Assembly: GCA_046566745.1 (NCBI GenBank)
Contig: JBKHWB010000001.1
Coordinates: 23,934-87,933, forward strand
DNA length: 64,000 nt
DNA from: Gammaproteobacteria bacterium
GTDB lineage: Bacteria; Pseudomonadota; Gammaproteobacteria; Pseudomonadales; Moraxellaceae
Direction of reading: 5' to 3'
Below the pieces are notes generated by a model. The model was given only the letters and a program-made list of their open reading frames with translations, was not told where the DNA came from and searched no databases. The translations under genes and the position numbers were made by a program. Positions 1 through 9,908 of this stretch are shown here, piece by piece (position 1 is the first letter of the stretch; each line of letters starts with the position of its first letter).

Positions 1-54
1 GTGGCCGCCCACCAGGCCAGTAGCCCCGATCAGGATTGCCGTTTTTCCTGCCAT
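1..54 (-). CDS. 5' end of a NAD(P)-binding Rossmann-fold (NmrA/SDR-like) protein; the gene runs off the left edge
   Basis: Reverse strand from ATG at 54..52 reads MAGKTAILIGATGLVGGH (GxxGxxG-type start). Only 18 codons are visible. Confidence 0.35.
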   Translation of the reverse strand, partial: MAGKTAILIGATGLVGGH

Positions 55-176
55 GCGTCTCGCTCCCCGTACAAAGAGGCGCAATTATGCGCCCACTTGC
101 CCTGTCGAAACACCTCCGAAGGGCACGAACCACCGTCAGAACGGTCAACACGGTACATTAATGACTAGGCTCATAG

Positions 177-205
177 TTTACGTTAACGTAAAGGTAAGCA
201 ATAAT
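177..205 (+). promoter_or_regulatory. Perfect 16-bp palindrome TTTACGTTAACGTAAA (177..192), candidate LiuR operator, overlapping a sigma70-like promoter (TTTACG -35, 17-bp spacer, AATAAT -10 at 200..205)
   Basis: The palindrome was read directly. It lies 37 bp upstream of the liuR ATG. The operator covering the -35 and spacer is the usual MerR-family layout. Confidence 0.5.
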
Positions 206-228
206 CCGGACCATAGACAGGAGATGTC

Positions 229-648
229 ATGAGCCGGACCTACACTATTTCAGAGCTCGCCCGGGAGTTTGATGTCACCACCCGAACCATCCGCTTTTAC
301 GAGGATGAAGGCTTGCTCAGTCCGGAGCGGCGAGGCCAGGCCCGGGTCTACTCCGCCCGTGACAGGGTTCTGCTGAAGCTGATCCTGCGCGGCAAGCGGC
401 TCGGGTTCTCTCTGGCCGAGTGCCGGGAGCTGTTCGACCTGTACGACCCGGAAGGCGGCAACAAGGCGCAGCTGCAACTGATGCTGGACAAGCTGGCCGA
501 GCGCCGCCGGGCACTGGAACAGCAGCTGAACGACATCCGTCTGATGCAAATTGAACTGGACACGGCCGAAGTCCGCATCCGCGCGGCACAGGCTGGCCTT
601 CCTGTCGGCGACGACGCCTTTGACCCCCACCATGAGGACACCCCATGA
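229..648 (+). CDS. liuR: MerR-family transcriptional regulator of the leucine/isovalerate utilisation cluster
   Basis: N-terminal [29 protein letters not shown]. It is the first gene of the liu cluster, and its stop overlaps the liuA start (ATGA). Confidence 0.8.
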   Translation: MSRTYTISELAREFDVTTRTIRFYEDEGLLSPERRGQARVYSARDRVLLKLILRGKRLGFSLAECRELFDLYDPEGGNKAQLQLMLDKLAERRRALEQQLNDIRLMQIELDTAEVRIRAAQAGLPVGDDAFDPHHEDTP

Positions 649-1808
649 GCTACACCGGCATGAACTTCGGCCTTGGCGAAACCATCAACGCCCTTCGCGA
701 CATGGTCGAGCAGTTTTCCCGGAAGGAAATCGCCCCGCGGGCAGCCGACATTGATCGCGAGAACGAGTTTCCCATGGACCTGTGGCGCAAGTTTGGCGAC
801 CTTGGCCTTCTCGGCATGACGGTGAGCGAGGAATACGGTGGCAGCAACATGGGCTATCTGGCGCATGTCATCGCCATCGAGGAAATCTCTCGGGCGTCAG
901 CCTCCGTGGGACTCTCCTACGGCGCGCACTCCAATCTGTGCGTCAACCAGATCTCCCGCAATGGCAATGATGCCCAGCGTGCCAGGTACCTGCCAAAGCT
1001 GGTGAGCGGTGAACACATTGGCGCACTGGCGATGAGCGAACCGAATGCCGGCTCCGATGTTGTCAGCATGAAGCTGCGCGCCGACAAGAAAGGCGACCGC
1101 TATGTGCTGAACGGCAACAAGATGTGGATTACCAACGGCCCGGATGCCAACACGTATGTCATCTACGCCAAGACCGACGTCAATGCCGGCCCGCGAGGCA
1201 TCACGGCCTTCATCGTCGAGCGCGACTGGAAAGGCTTTTCACGCCACCAGAAGCTGGACAAGCTGGGCATGCGCGGCTCCAACACCTGCGAACTCGTGTT
1301 CCAGGACTGCGAAGTGCCGGAAGAAAACGTGCTGGGCAAGGTCGGCGAAGGTGTACGCGTGCTCATGAGCGGGCTCGACTACGAACGCGTCGTCCTGTCC
1401 GGCGGCCCTGTCGGCCTGATGCAGGCATGCATGGATGTGGTCATTCCCTACATCCATGACCGCAAGCAGTTTGGACAGGCCATCGGCGAGTTCCAGCTCA
1501 TGCAGGGCAAAGTTGCCGACATGTACACGTTGCTTAATGCATCACGCGCCTATCTGTACAACGTCGCCCAGGCCTGTGACCGCGGCGAAACGGCGCGCAA
1601 GGACGCCGCCGCTGTAATCCTCTACACCGCAGAGAACGCCACCAAGCTGGCACTGGAGGCCATACAGGTGCTCGGCGGCAACGGCTACATCAATGACAAC
1701 CCGACCGGCCGCCTGTTGCGGGATGCAAAGCTGTATGAAATCGGCGCCGGCACGAGCGAAATCCGGCGCATGCTGATCGGACGCGAACTGTTCAACGAAA
1801 CAAAATAA
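645..1808 (+). CDS. liuA: Isovaleryl-CoA dehydrogenase
   Basis: 387-aa acyl-CoA dehydrogenase (..WITNGPDA.., ..[12 protein letters not shown]..) placed between liuR and the carboxylase subunits. Confidence 0.9.
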   Translation: MSYTGMNFGLGETINALRDMVEQFSRKEIAPRAADIDRENEFPMDLWRKFGDLGLLGMTVSEEYGGSNMGYLAHVIAIEEISRASASVGLSYGAHSNLCVNQISRNGNDAQRARYLPKLVSGEHIGALAMSEPNAGSDVVSMKLRADKKGDRYVLNGNKMWITNGPDANTYVIYAKTDVNAGPRGITAFIVERDWKGFSRHQKLDKLGMRGSNTCELVFQDCEVPEENVLGKVGEGVRVLMSGLDYERVVLSGGPVGLMQACMDVVIPYIHDRKQFGQAIGEFQLMQGKVADMYTLLNASRAYLYNVAQACDRGETARKDAAAVILYTAENATKLALEAIQVLGGNGYINDNPTGRLLRDAKLYEIGAGTSEIRRMLIGRELFNETK

Positions 1809-1886
1809 TTCATCCGGACAAGACTGCTGCCTGACCCTGGCCGGCCATGGCAGCGTACCGCCCAACTACCGACAGAAGGCAATGAC

Positions 1887-3494
1887 ATGCCCGTCATCAC
1901 GTCACGCATCAATCCCCATTCTCCCGGCTTTCAGGAAAACGCCCTGCACCACCGTGCGCTGAGCGAAGATCTTGAGCGCCTGCTGTCCCGTATCCGGGAA
2001 GGCGGCGGCACTCAGGCCGTTGCGCGGCACAAGGCCAGAGGCAAACTGACGGCACGCGAACGCATCAACGCCTTGATCGATCCCGGCTCCCCCTTCCTGG
2101 AACTGGCACCACTGGCAGCACATGACGTCTACGGAGAGGATGTGGCTGCTGCTGGCATTGTGGCGGGAATTGGCCGGGTCAGCGGCGTCGAGTGCGTAAT
2201 TGCTGCCAACGATGCCACGGTGAAAGGCGGCTCCTACTATCCCCTGACCGTCAAAAAACACCTGCGCGCGCAAACCGTCGCCCAGGAAAACAACCTGCCC
2301 TGCATCTATCTGGTGGACTCGGGTGGTGCCAATCTTCCACGACAGGACGAGGTGTTTCCGGATCATCTCCATTTCGGACACATCTTTTTCAATCAGGCCA
2401 ACATGTCGGCCGCCAACATCCCGCAAATTGCCGTGGTGATGGGGTCCTGCACAGCGGGCGGCGCGTACGTGCCGGCCATGGCCGACGAAGCCATCATCGT
2501 GAAGCACCAGGGCACCATTTTTCTTGCCGGCCCCCCACTGGTCAAAGCCGCCACGGGCGAAGTGGTCTCATCCGAGGATCTGGGTGGTGCCGACCTGCAC
2601 AGTCGCGTCTCCGGCGTGACCGACCAATTGGCCGAGAATGACGAACACGCCCTTGCCTTGGCGCGCGCCTCCGTCAGTCGGCTCAACCGGGTCAAGCAGA
2701 TCAGTCTCGACATTCGGGAGCCAGTAGCCCCGCTGTATCCCACTGAAGACATTTACGGCGTCCTGCCCAAGGATGCCCGCGAACCCTTTGATGTGCGGGA
2801 GATCATTGCGCGCCTGGTGGACGGCTCCGAGTTCGACGAGTTCAAGCCTCTGTACGGCAGCACGCTGGTCACCGGATTTGCCCGCCTTTGGGGTTACCCG
2901 GTCGGCATCATCGCCAACAATGGCATTCTCTTTTCGGAGTCAGCACTGAAAGGCGCCCACTTCATCGAACTATGCTGCCAACGCAAGATTCCGCTGGTCT
3001 TCCTGCAGAACATCACGGGCTTCATGGTGGGCAAGAAATATGAGGAAGGCGGCATTGCCAAGAATGGTGCCAAGATGGTCCACGCCGTCGCCTGTGCAAA
3101 GGTACCCAAGTTTACCGTCATCATTGGCGGCAGTTTTGGCGCCGGCAATTACGGGATGTGCGGCCGCGCCTACGAGCCGCGATTCCTGTTCATGTGGCCC
3201 AATGCCCGCATTTCCGTCATGGGTGGCGAGCAAGCCGCCAGTGTGCTGACCGATGTGAAGAAGGCGTCGCTGGCCAAGCAAGGCACTGAGTGGACCGCGG
3301 ACCAGGAGACCGCATTCAAGCAGCCGCTGCTCGACAAGTACGCGCGCGAAGCCCACCCCTACTATGCAAGTGCACGTTTGTGGGATGACGGCGTCATTGA
3401 TCCTGCAACAACACGCGACGTGCTGGGCCTTGCCATTTCTGCAGCCCTGAATGCCCCTGTTCCGGATACACGCTTCGGCGTGTTCCGCATGTAA
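1887..3494 (+). CDS. liuB: 3-methylcrotonyl-CoA carboxylase, carboxyltransferase (beta) subunit
   Basis: 535-aa carboxyltransferase-domain protein (..[13 protein letters not shown].., ..[23 protein letters not shown]..). Confidence 0.9.
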   Translation: MPVITSRINPHSPGFQENALHHRALSEDLERLLSRIREGGGTQAVARHKARGKLTARERINALIDPGSPFLELAPLAAHDVYGEDVAAAGIVAGIGRVSGVECVIAANDATVKGGSYYPLTVKKHLRAQTVAQENNLPCIYLVDSGGANLPRQDEVFPDHLHFGHIFFNQANMSAANIPQIAVVMGSCTAGGAYVPAMADEAIIVKHQGTIFLAGPPLVKAATGEVVSSEDLGGADLHSRVSGVTDQLAENDEHALALARASVSRLNRVKQISLDIREPVAPLYPTEDIYGVLPKDAREPFDVREIIARLVDGSEFDEFKPLYGSTLVTGFARLWGYPVGIIANNGILFSESALKGAHFIELCCQRKIPLVFLQNITGFMVGKKYEEGGIAKNGAKMVHAVACAKVPKFTVIIGGSFGAGNYGMCGRAYEPRFLFMWPNARISVMGGEQAASVLTDVKKASLAKQGTEWTADQETAFKQPLLDKYAREAHPYYASARLWDDGVIDPATTRDVLGLAISAALNAPVPDTRFGVFRM

Positions 3495-3505
3495 GGAGAG
3501 TGAAG

Positions 3506-4294
3506 ATGCGTGCCTTGCATACTGAACTGGACAACCGCGGCGTTGCCACACTGACACTTGATCGCCCCGATGTGCATAACGCATTCGATGATGCGCTCAT
3601 TGCAGAACTGAATTCGGCCATTGACCATTTCCGTGCCAGCCCGGAGGTTCGCCTGCTGGTATTGCGCGCCAATGGCCGCAGCTTCTCGGCCGGCGCCGAC
3701 CTCGCCTGGATGAAGCGCATGGCCGCCTGTACACGCGAAGACAATATCGCTGACGCCCGGGAGCTTGAGCGTCTCATGCACGGCCTGCATGCATTCCCGA
3801 AGCCGACGGTAGCAATCGTTCAGGGCGCTGCCTTCGGCGGCGCCGTCGGTCTTGTCAGCTGCTGTGACATCGCGATTGCAAGCGACAAGGCCAGCTTTTC
3901 ACTGTCAGAAGCAAAGCTCGGCCTGGCACCGGCCGTCATCAGCCCATTCGTGATTGCCGCCATCGGGCCACGCCAGGCCAGCCGCTATTTCCTGACGGCG
4001 GAGCGCTTCTCGGCCGAACGTGCCCTGGACATGGAACTGGTTCATGAAGTCGTGCCGGCGGATGAATTGTCCGCGGCGGCCGAACGCATGATAGCCACCC
4101 TTCTCGACAACGGTCCCGTGGCCCTGATGGCCTGCAAGGCGCTGATCCGGCAGGTTGTTCCTGCCACGGATGACGAACTTCGCGATTACACCACCACCCT
4201 GATTGCCAGCCTGCGCACGTCGCAAGAGGGTCAGGAAGGTCTTTCTGCCTTTTTTGAGAAACGTGCGCCGGCCTGGCAGCACGGGAAAGCATGA
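3506..4294 (+). CDS. liuC: Methylglutaconyl-CoA hydratase (enoyl-CoA hydratase/crotonase family)
   Basis: Crotonase-fold motifs (..FSAGADL.., ..GAAFGGAVGL..). The ATG at 3506 has GGAG 7 nt upstream; the ORF track starts at GTG 3500. Confidence 0.8.
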   Translation: MRALHTELDNRGVATLTLDRPDVHNAFDDALIAELNSAIDHFRASPEVRLLVLRANGRSFSAGADLAWMKRMAACTREDNIADARELERLMHGLHAFPKPTVAIVQGAAFGGAVGLVSCCDIAIASDKASFSLSEAKLGLAPAVISPFVIAAIGPRQASRYFLTAERFSAERALDMELVHEVVPADELSAAAERMIATLLDNGPVALMACKALIRQVVPATDDELRDYTTTLIASLRTSQEGQEGLSAFFEKRAPAWQHGKA

Positions 4295-6282
4295 TCATGT
4301 TCAAGAAAATCCTGATTGCGAATCGCGGCGAGATCTCCTGTCGTGTGACTCGCACGGCCCACAAACTCGGTGTTCGCACCGTTGCCGTCTACTCCGATGC
4401 GGATGCCACTGCCATGCATGTGGAGATGGCGGATGAGGCGGTTCGACTCGGCCCTGCTGCCAGCCGTGAATCCTATCTTTGCATCGAGAAGATCATCGCG
4501 GGGGCCAAGGCAACCGGCGCCGAAGCCATTCACCCGGGTTACGGCTTTCTGTCCGAGAATGCGGAGTTTGCGCGCGCCTGCCGCGATGCCGGGCTGGCAT
4601 TCATTGGTCCCTCGCCTGAAGCCATCATCGCCATGGGCTCCAAGTCCGGTGCCAAAGCACTGATGGAAAAGGCCGGCGTTCCATTGGTGCCTGGCTACCA
4701 TGGCGATGAACAGGACGAGGCCTTTCTCCTGGCCAAGGCACGCGAGATTGGCTTCCCGGTGTTGTTAAAAGCGTCTGCCGGTGGTGGCGGCAAGGGTATG
4801 CGCGCCGTGCATCACGAAAGCGAGTTTGCGGAAGCACTTGGTGGAGCCCAGCGCGAGGCCCTGAACGCATTCGGCGACCAGCGTATGCTGATCGAGAAAC
4901 TTCTGGTGGAGCCTCGCCACGTCGAGGTACAGGTCCTGGCAGATCGCCATGGCAACGCCGTCTACGTTTTTGATCGTGACTGCTCCATCCAGCGCCGTCA
5001 TCAGAAAGTGGTTGAGGAAGCCCCCGCTCCAGGCCTGCCCCCTGAGTTACGCCAAGCCATGGGGGATGCTGCCGTGCGCGCGGCCAAAGCAATCAACTAT
5101 GAAGGCGCAGGTACGCTGGAGTTCCTTGTCGACAGCAGGGGTGATTTCTATTTCATGGAAATGAACACCCGTCTCCAGGTGGAGCATCCCGTCAGCGAAC
5201 TGGTATCCGGACTGGACCTCGTTGAGTGGCAGTTGCGCGTAGCCAGTGGGGAGGCCCTGTCCTTCTCGCAGGACAGCCTGAAGCCCAATGGCCATGCCAT
5301 CGAAGTCCGGTTATATGCGGAAGACCCGGACAACGGCTTTCTGCCATCAACCGGCAAGCTCCGTCATTTTTCAATGCCTGAGGGCACTGGCATTCGTGTC
5401 GACACAGGCTATCGGACTGGCGACAACGTCAGCGTCTATTATGATCCGATGATGGCCAAAGTGATCGCCTGGGGCGAGACGCGGACAATCGCAGCGGAAC
5501 GCCTGGCCGACGCCTTGCGCAGAACGCGTGTCGCCGGTGTCAGGCACAACACCGGCTTTCTGGTCAGGGTGCTCTCACACCCGGCGTTTCTCTCGGGACA
5601 ACTCAGCACCCATTTCATCGACCAGCACCACGCTGCCCTGCTGGGATCATCGGACAGGGACAAGACGGCACTGTTCCTTCTGGGCGCATTGCATACGCTG
5701 CAAACCCCGCACGCTGCCAGCAATGGCAACGACACCTGTTCGCCCTGGAGTCGCCTGCAAGGCTTCCGCATTGCTCACCATGACGAGAGCATATTACGCA
5801 TCCAGATCGGCAACGATGTGCAGGAGGTCAAGCTCACGCCATCCGCACCTGGCCATGCCTACAGCATCGGCGACAAGCAAGGCCACTGTTCCGTCCTCAT
5901 GAAAGGAGACCGCGCCTGCTTCATTCGTGACGGCCACCTGAGCAATTTCCGCTTGCTACCGAGCCCGCAGGGACTCGATGTGTTTTTTCATGGAGAGCAC
6001 GCCGAGATCAATGTCGTCACTCACCACCACGCAGCGGACAGCCACAAGGAAGGTCAACACTACAGCGCACCAATGAACGGTCGCATTGTCAGTGTCAATG
6101 TCGGCAAAGGGGACAAGGTCAGCGAAGGCGATACCTTGCTGGTCATGGAGGCGATGAAGATGGAGCACCGGATACGCGCGCATGGTAACGGGCTGATTGC
6201 CGCCATCGATGTATCAGCAGGTGACCTGGTCTCGGAAGGACAAGTGCTGGTCGCGCTGGAAACGGGGGAGGAAAAGAAATGA
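4291..6282 (+). CDS. liuD: 3-methylcrotonyl-CoA carboxylase, biotin carboxylase/BCCP (alpha) subunit
   Basis: Biotin carboxylase N-terminus KILIANRGEISCRV, C-terminal biotinyl motif EAMKMEH, ATGA overlap with liuC. Confidence 0.9.
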   Translation: MIMFKKILIANRGEISCRVTRTAHKLGVRTVAVYSDADATAMHVEMADEAVRLGPAASRESYLCIEKIIAGAKATGAEAIHPGYGFLSENAEFARACRDAGLAFIGPSPEAIIAMGSKSGAKALMEKAGVPLVPGYHGDEQDEAFLLAKAREIGFPVLLKASAGGGGKGMRAVHHESEFAEALGGAQREALNAFGDQRMLIEKLLVEPRHVEVQVLADRHGNAVYVFDRDCSIQRRHQKVVEEAPAPGLPPELRQAMGDAAVRAAKAINYEGAGTLEFLVDSRGDFYFMEMNTRLQVEHPVSELVSGLDLVEWQLRVASGEALSFSQDSLKPNGHAIEVRLYAEDPDNGFLPSTGKLRHFSMPEGTGIRVDTGYRTGDNVSVYYDPMMAKVIAWGETRTIAAERLADALRRTRVAGVRHNTGFLVRVLSHPAFLSGQLSTHFIDQHHAALLGSSDRDKTALFLLGALHTLQTPHAASNGNDTCSPWSRLQGFRIAHHDESILRIQIGNDVQEVKLTPSAPGHAYSIGDKQGHCSVLMKGDRACFIRDGHLSNFRLLPSPQGLDVFFHGEHAEINVVTHHHAADSHKEGQHYSAPMNGRIVSVNVGKGDKVSEGDTLLVMEAMKMEHRIRAHGNGLIAAIDVSAGDLVSEGQVLVALETGEEKK

Positions 6283-8225
6283 CGGAGATCTTGTGGCAGC
6301 CGTCCGCCGACCGGGTCGCTGCATCGCGTCTTGCCGCCTGGCAGCGCTGGCTGGCGCGGGAGCGCGGTCTCGCCTTTGACAGCTATGAGGAGCTTCATGC
6401 CTGGTCGGTCAGCCACCGAGAGGATTTCTGGCAGAGCCTGTGGGATTATTTCGGCATCAGAAGCCACACACCGCATGATGCCGTGCTCGAGAATGACGTC
6501 ATGCCGGGCGCACGATGGTTTCCCGGTGCCACGCTAAACTTTGCCGAGCACCTGCTGCGCTACCGGGACGACAGGACTGCCTTGGTCAGCTATCTGGAAA
6601 ATGGTGAGCGGCGGGCCATTACGTACGCGCAACTGGCAAACCAGGTCAGTCGTCTGGCGGCGTACTTCCGCCAGCAGGGAATTGTGAAAGGCGACCGGAT
6701 CGTGGGCTTCATGCCGAATGTCCTGGAAACAGTAGTCGCCATGCTGGCAGCCACCAGCCTCGGTGCCACCTGGTCTTCCTGCTCACCTGATTTCGGGCTG
6801 CAAGGCGTGCTGGACCGCTTTGGCCAAATCACACCCGCACTGCTCGTGGCGGCGGACGGATACTATTACAACGGCAAGCGCATTGACTGCCTGGAAAAGA
6901 CGGCAGCCATCGCCTCGCAGCTGCCCTCGCTCAAGTGCGTCCTGATCGTACCACTGACCACGCATACGCCGGACCTGTCCACGATTGCCCGTGCCACATC
7001 ATGGGAAACGGCCATCGCCACGCCGGCAGAAGAGCCGGTTTTCACGCCCGTCCCTTTCGACCATCCGCTCTACATCATGTACTCGTCAGGCACGACCGGC
7101 GTGCCGAAGTGCATTGTGCATGGCACCGGCGGCGCCCTGCTGCAGCACCTCAAGGAACTTGCCCTGCACACCGACATTCACCGGCATGATGTGGTGTTCT
7201 ACTACACGACCTGTGGCTGGATGATGTGGAACTGGTTGGTCTCCACCCTGGCCATTGGCGCCACCGTAGTGCTGTACGACGGCTCACCGTTTGCGCCTAA
7301 GCCGGACATCCTGTTCGACCTGGCCGAGCGCGAGAAGATCAGCGTCTTCGGTACGAGCGCCAAATACATCGCCGCGCTGGAAAAAGCGGGTTGCAAGCCA
7401 CGTGAAACCCATCAACTGGATTCCCTGAAGACATTGCTCTCCACCGGCTCACCGCTGGCGCACGAAAGCTTCGACTATGTCTACCGCGACATCAAAGCGG
7501 ATCTTTGCCTCTCCAGCATTTCCGGCGGCACCGACATCATCTCCTGCTTTGCCCTGGGCAACCCGACACTGCCAGTGTATCGCGGCGAACTGCAATGCAA
7601 GGGCCTGGGCATGGCAGTCGACATTCTTGATGAGAATGGTCGTTCCGTCATGAACGCAAAAGGCGAGCTCGTTTGTACGAAAGCCTTTCCCTGCATGCCG
7701 ACCGGATTCTGGAATGACGGCGACGGAGAAAAATACCGCAAGGCCTACTTTGACCACTTTCCCGGCATCTGGGCGCATGGCGACTATGGCGAACAAACAC
7801 CGCATGGAGGCCTGGTCATCCATGGACGCTCGGACGCCGTACTCAACCCCGGCGGCGTGCGCATTGGTACCGCGGAGATCTACCGGCAGGTGGAGAAAGT
7901 CCCCGAGGTGCTGGAGTCCATAGCCATCGGCCAGGACTGGGACAACGACGTCCGTGTCGTGCTGTTTGTGAAGTTGCGCGAGGGCCTTGCGCTAACCGAA
8001 GCCCTCTCGCAGCAGATCCGGAACATCATCCGGTCCAACACGACCCCCCGGCATGTCCCGGCGCGCATTGTGCAGGTTGACGACATCCCGCGCACCATCA
8101 GCGGCAAGATTGTCGAGCTGGCGGTGCGCAACATGGTTCATGGCCAACCCGTGAAGAATACCGATGCTCTCGCCAATCCAGAGGCGCTGGCATACTTCCG
8201 TGACCGGGACGAGTTGAAATCCTGA
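6279..8225 (+). CDS. Acetoacetyl-CoA synthetase (AMP-forming acyl-CoA ligase)
   Basis: 648 aa with the AMP-binding motif YSSGTTGVPK and the typical acetoacetyl-CoA synthetase N-terminus (LWQPS..F..). ATGA overlap with liuD. Confidence 0.8.
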   Translation: MTEILWQPSADRVAASRLAAWQRWLARERGLAFDSYEELHAWSVSHREDFWQSLWDYFGIRSHTPHDAVLENDVMPGARWFPGATLNFAEHLLRYRDDRTALVSYLENGERRAITYAQLANQVSRLAAYFRQQGIVKGDRIVGFMPNVLETVVAMLAATSLGATWSSCSPDFGLQGVLDRFGQITPALLVAADGYYYNGKRIDCLEKTAAIASQLPSLKCVLIVPLTTHTPDLSTIARATSWETAIATPAEEPVFTPVPFDHPLYIMYSSGTTGVPKCIVHGTGGALLQHLKELALHTDIHRHDVVFYYTTCGWMMWNWLVSTLAIGATVVLYDGSPFAPKPDILFDLAEREKISVFGTSAKYIAALEKAGCKPRETHQLDSLKTLLSTGSPLAHESFDYVYRDIKADLCLSSISGGTDIISCFALGNPTLPVYRGELQCKGLGMAVDILDENGRSVMNAKGELVCTKAFPCMPTGFWNDGDGEKYRKAYFDHFPGIWAHGDYGEQTPHGGLVIHGRSDAVLNPGGVRIGTAEIYRQVEKVPEVLESIAIGQDWDNDVRVVLFVKLREGLALTEALSQQIRNIIRSNTTPRHVPARIVQVDDIPRTISGKIVELAVRNMVHGQPVKNTDALANPEALAYFRDRDELKS

Positions 8226-8231
8226 TCCAGC

Positions 8232-8259
8232 AAAAAGGCCTCCTTGCGGAGGCCTTTTT
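8232..8259. terminator. Bidirectional rho-independent terminator between convergent genes
   Basis: AAAAAGGCCTCC-TTGC-GGAGGCCTTTTT: perfect GC-rich stem flanked by an A-run and a T-run. Confidence 0.8.
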
Positions 8260-8272
8260 GCTGGTGTCGTCA

Positions 8273-9862
8273 TCACGACCAGAAATAGCTGGACTCTTTC
8301 TTGATGATGTTATCGACGATGTAACTGGCCAGTGCCGACACCGTTACCTGGGTATCCACCGTGATTTCAGTTGGCATGATGCTGGCATCCACTACAAAAA
8401 GCCCCTTCAGCTCGTGCGACTCACCCCAGGGATTCACCACCGAGGTGAACGGGTCCTTGCCCATGCGGCAGGTTCCTTGCGGATTGTAGGCGATCATGCG
8501 AAGCGTATAGAGGCCCAGCGAACCGAACTCGATCTTGTCCACGGCCTGATCCAGCTCAAACACATTGCGGGCAGAGGTACGGTTGTAGGCAGGCAGGTAC
8601 ACCTTTTCTGCACCCGCGGCAAACAGCACTCGCCCGGCATGACGCAAGCCCTCACGCAAAGAGTTGAACTCCTCGCGATTCAGGTTCCATTCGATGCGCT
8701 TGTCACCCGTGACCGGGTCACCGATCCACTGTACATACCCTTGACCATGGTCATGAACGAACACGTTCAAGGCGGAGAAGTACTTGTACTCCTTCATGAA
8801 TCGGACGTGGTCATCACCCTCGCCCAGTTCCCCCTGGGAAATCAGCTGGGCAGGAGCCGCAACACCGCTGTTCATGTCGATCCAGTTGTGCTTTTCCTTC
8901 CAGAACTCGTCGACGTGGACACCCGTGAACGCACCACGCCAGCCATAGACCGGCTCGGGGAACTTGCCGAATACCGACACGCCCGGTCGCACGGACAGGT
9001 TCCGTCCCACCATGCCGCTCTGGCGTCCCACACCGCTTTTCTGCAACAGCAACGGTGTTTGCACCGGGCCGGCGCCGATGACCACGATCTGGCCTTCCGC
9101 CCTGAAATTTGCCACCACCTGACGGGTGTCCGGATCGATAAAGCGCCCTTCCACTCCGGAGGCACGACCGTTGCGCTCGGTCACGAAGTCCACGAAAGCA
9201 TCCACGTAAACCTCCGCACCCTCTGCCACTGCCCACGGCAAGTAGGTGACGAGCATGGACAACTTGCGATCAGACGGACAACCTGCGAGGCAAAGCCCGG
9301 TCAGCGCACATTGCTTCACGTTGCGCGAGAGAGGCTTCCAGGACCACCCCATCATTTCACAACCCTGCACGATCAGGTTGGCCGCATCATTGATCTCGTG
9401 CGGCTCATTCACATGTACGCCCAGGCGCTGCTCAAGCTTCTCGTAATAGGGACGCAACTGCGCCGACGTGAGGTTGTCCAGCCCGTGGTCCTTCGCCCAC
9501 TCCTTCAGCACGCGGTCGGGCACGCGGGCGGCGATGGTCGAACTCATGACCGTTGACCCGCCCGTAGTGGAACCCTGCAACAGAATCAGGTCACCGGTCG
9601 AGTTGGTCTGCAACCCGGCATCCTGGTACATGCGGTACATGCTGTCCGTCATGTCTTCCTTGAAGTCGGAGCTGGGAACGTATCGCCCCGCCTCCAGCAC
9701 GATCACCTTCTTGCCGGCACGGGCAAGCTCGTAAGCGGCGACCGCCCCACCGGCTCCGGAGCCAACCACGATGACATCAGCCTTCAGGTAAACCTGCTGC
9801 TCCTTGATGTCCTTGGCCTGGGTGACCGGAAGCCCTTCTTGCGGGAGTTCCCTGTAAATCAT
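8273..9862 (-). CDS. GMC-family FAD-dependent oxidoreductase, large subunit
   Basis: 529 aa with the FAD fold VIVVGSGAGGAVAAYELARAG and C-terminal GMC block ..GTCRMG..VVDASIMP... It sits immediately downstream of a Tat-signal small subunit. Confidence 0.85.
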   Translation of the reverse strand: MIYRELPQEGLPVTQAKDIKEQQVYLKADVIVVGSGAGGAVAAYELARAGKKVIVLEAGRYVPSSDFKEDMTDSMYRMYQDAGLQTNSTGDLILLQGSTTGGSTVMSSTIAARVPDRVLKEWAKDHGLDNLTSAQLRPYYEKLEQRLGVHVNEPHEINDAANLIVQGCEMMGWSWKPLSRNVKQCALTGLCLAGCPSDRKLSMLVTYLPWAVAEGAEVYVDAFVDFVTERNGRASGVEGRFIDPDTRQVVANFRAEGQIVVIGAGPVQTPLLLQKSGVGRQSGMVGRNLSVRPGVSVFGKFPEPVYGWRGAFTGVHVDEFWKEKHNWIDMNSGVAAPAQLISQGELGEGDDHVRFMKEYKYFSALNVFVHDHGQGYVQWIGDPVTGDKRIEWNLNREEFNSLREGLRHAGRVLFAAGAEKVYLPAYNRTSARNVFELDQAVDKIEFGSLGLYTLRMIAYNPQGTCRMGKDPFTSVVNPWGESHELKGLFVVDASIMPTEITVDTQVTVSALASYIVDNIIKKESSYFWS

Positions 9863-9908
9863 TTCGCCCTCGATACCGACTCAGTGCATTTTGTTGTTAT
9901 GGCGCGCC

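Noticed and set aside
8258-9556. 432-aa plus-strand ORF covering most of the GMC oxidoreductase gene on the opposite strand
   Set aside because: Its product is Arg/His/Gly/Leu-rich with no motif. The minus-strand ORF has clear FAD and GMC signatures. This is a typical shadow ORF of GC-rich DNA, where antisense frames lack stop codons.
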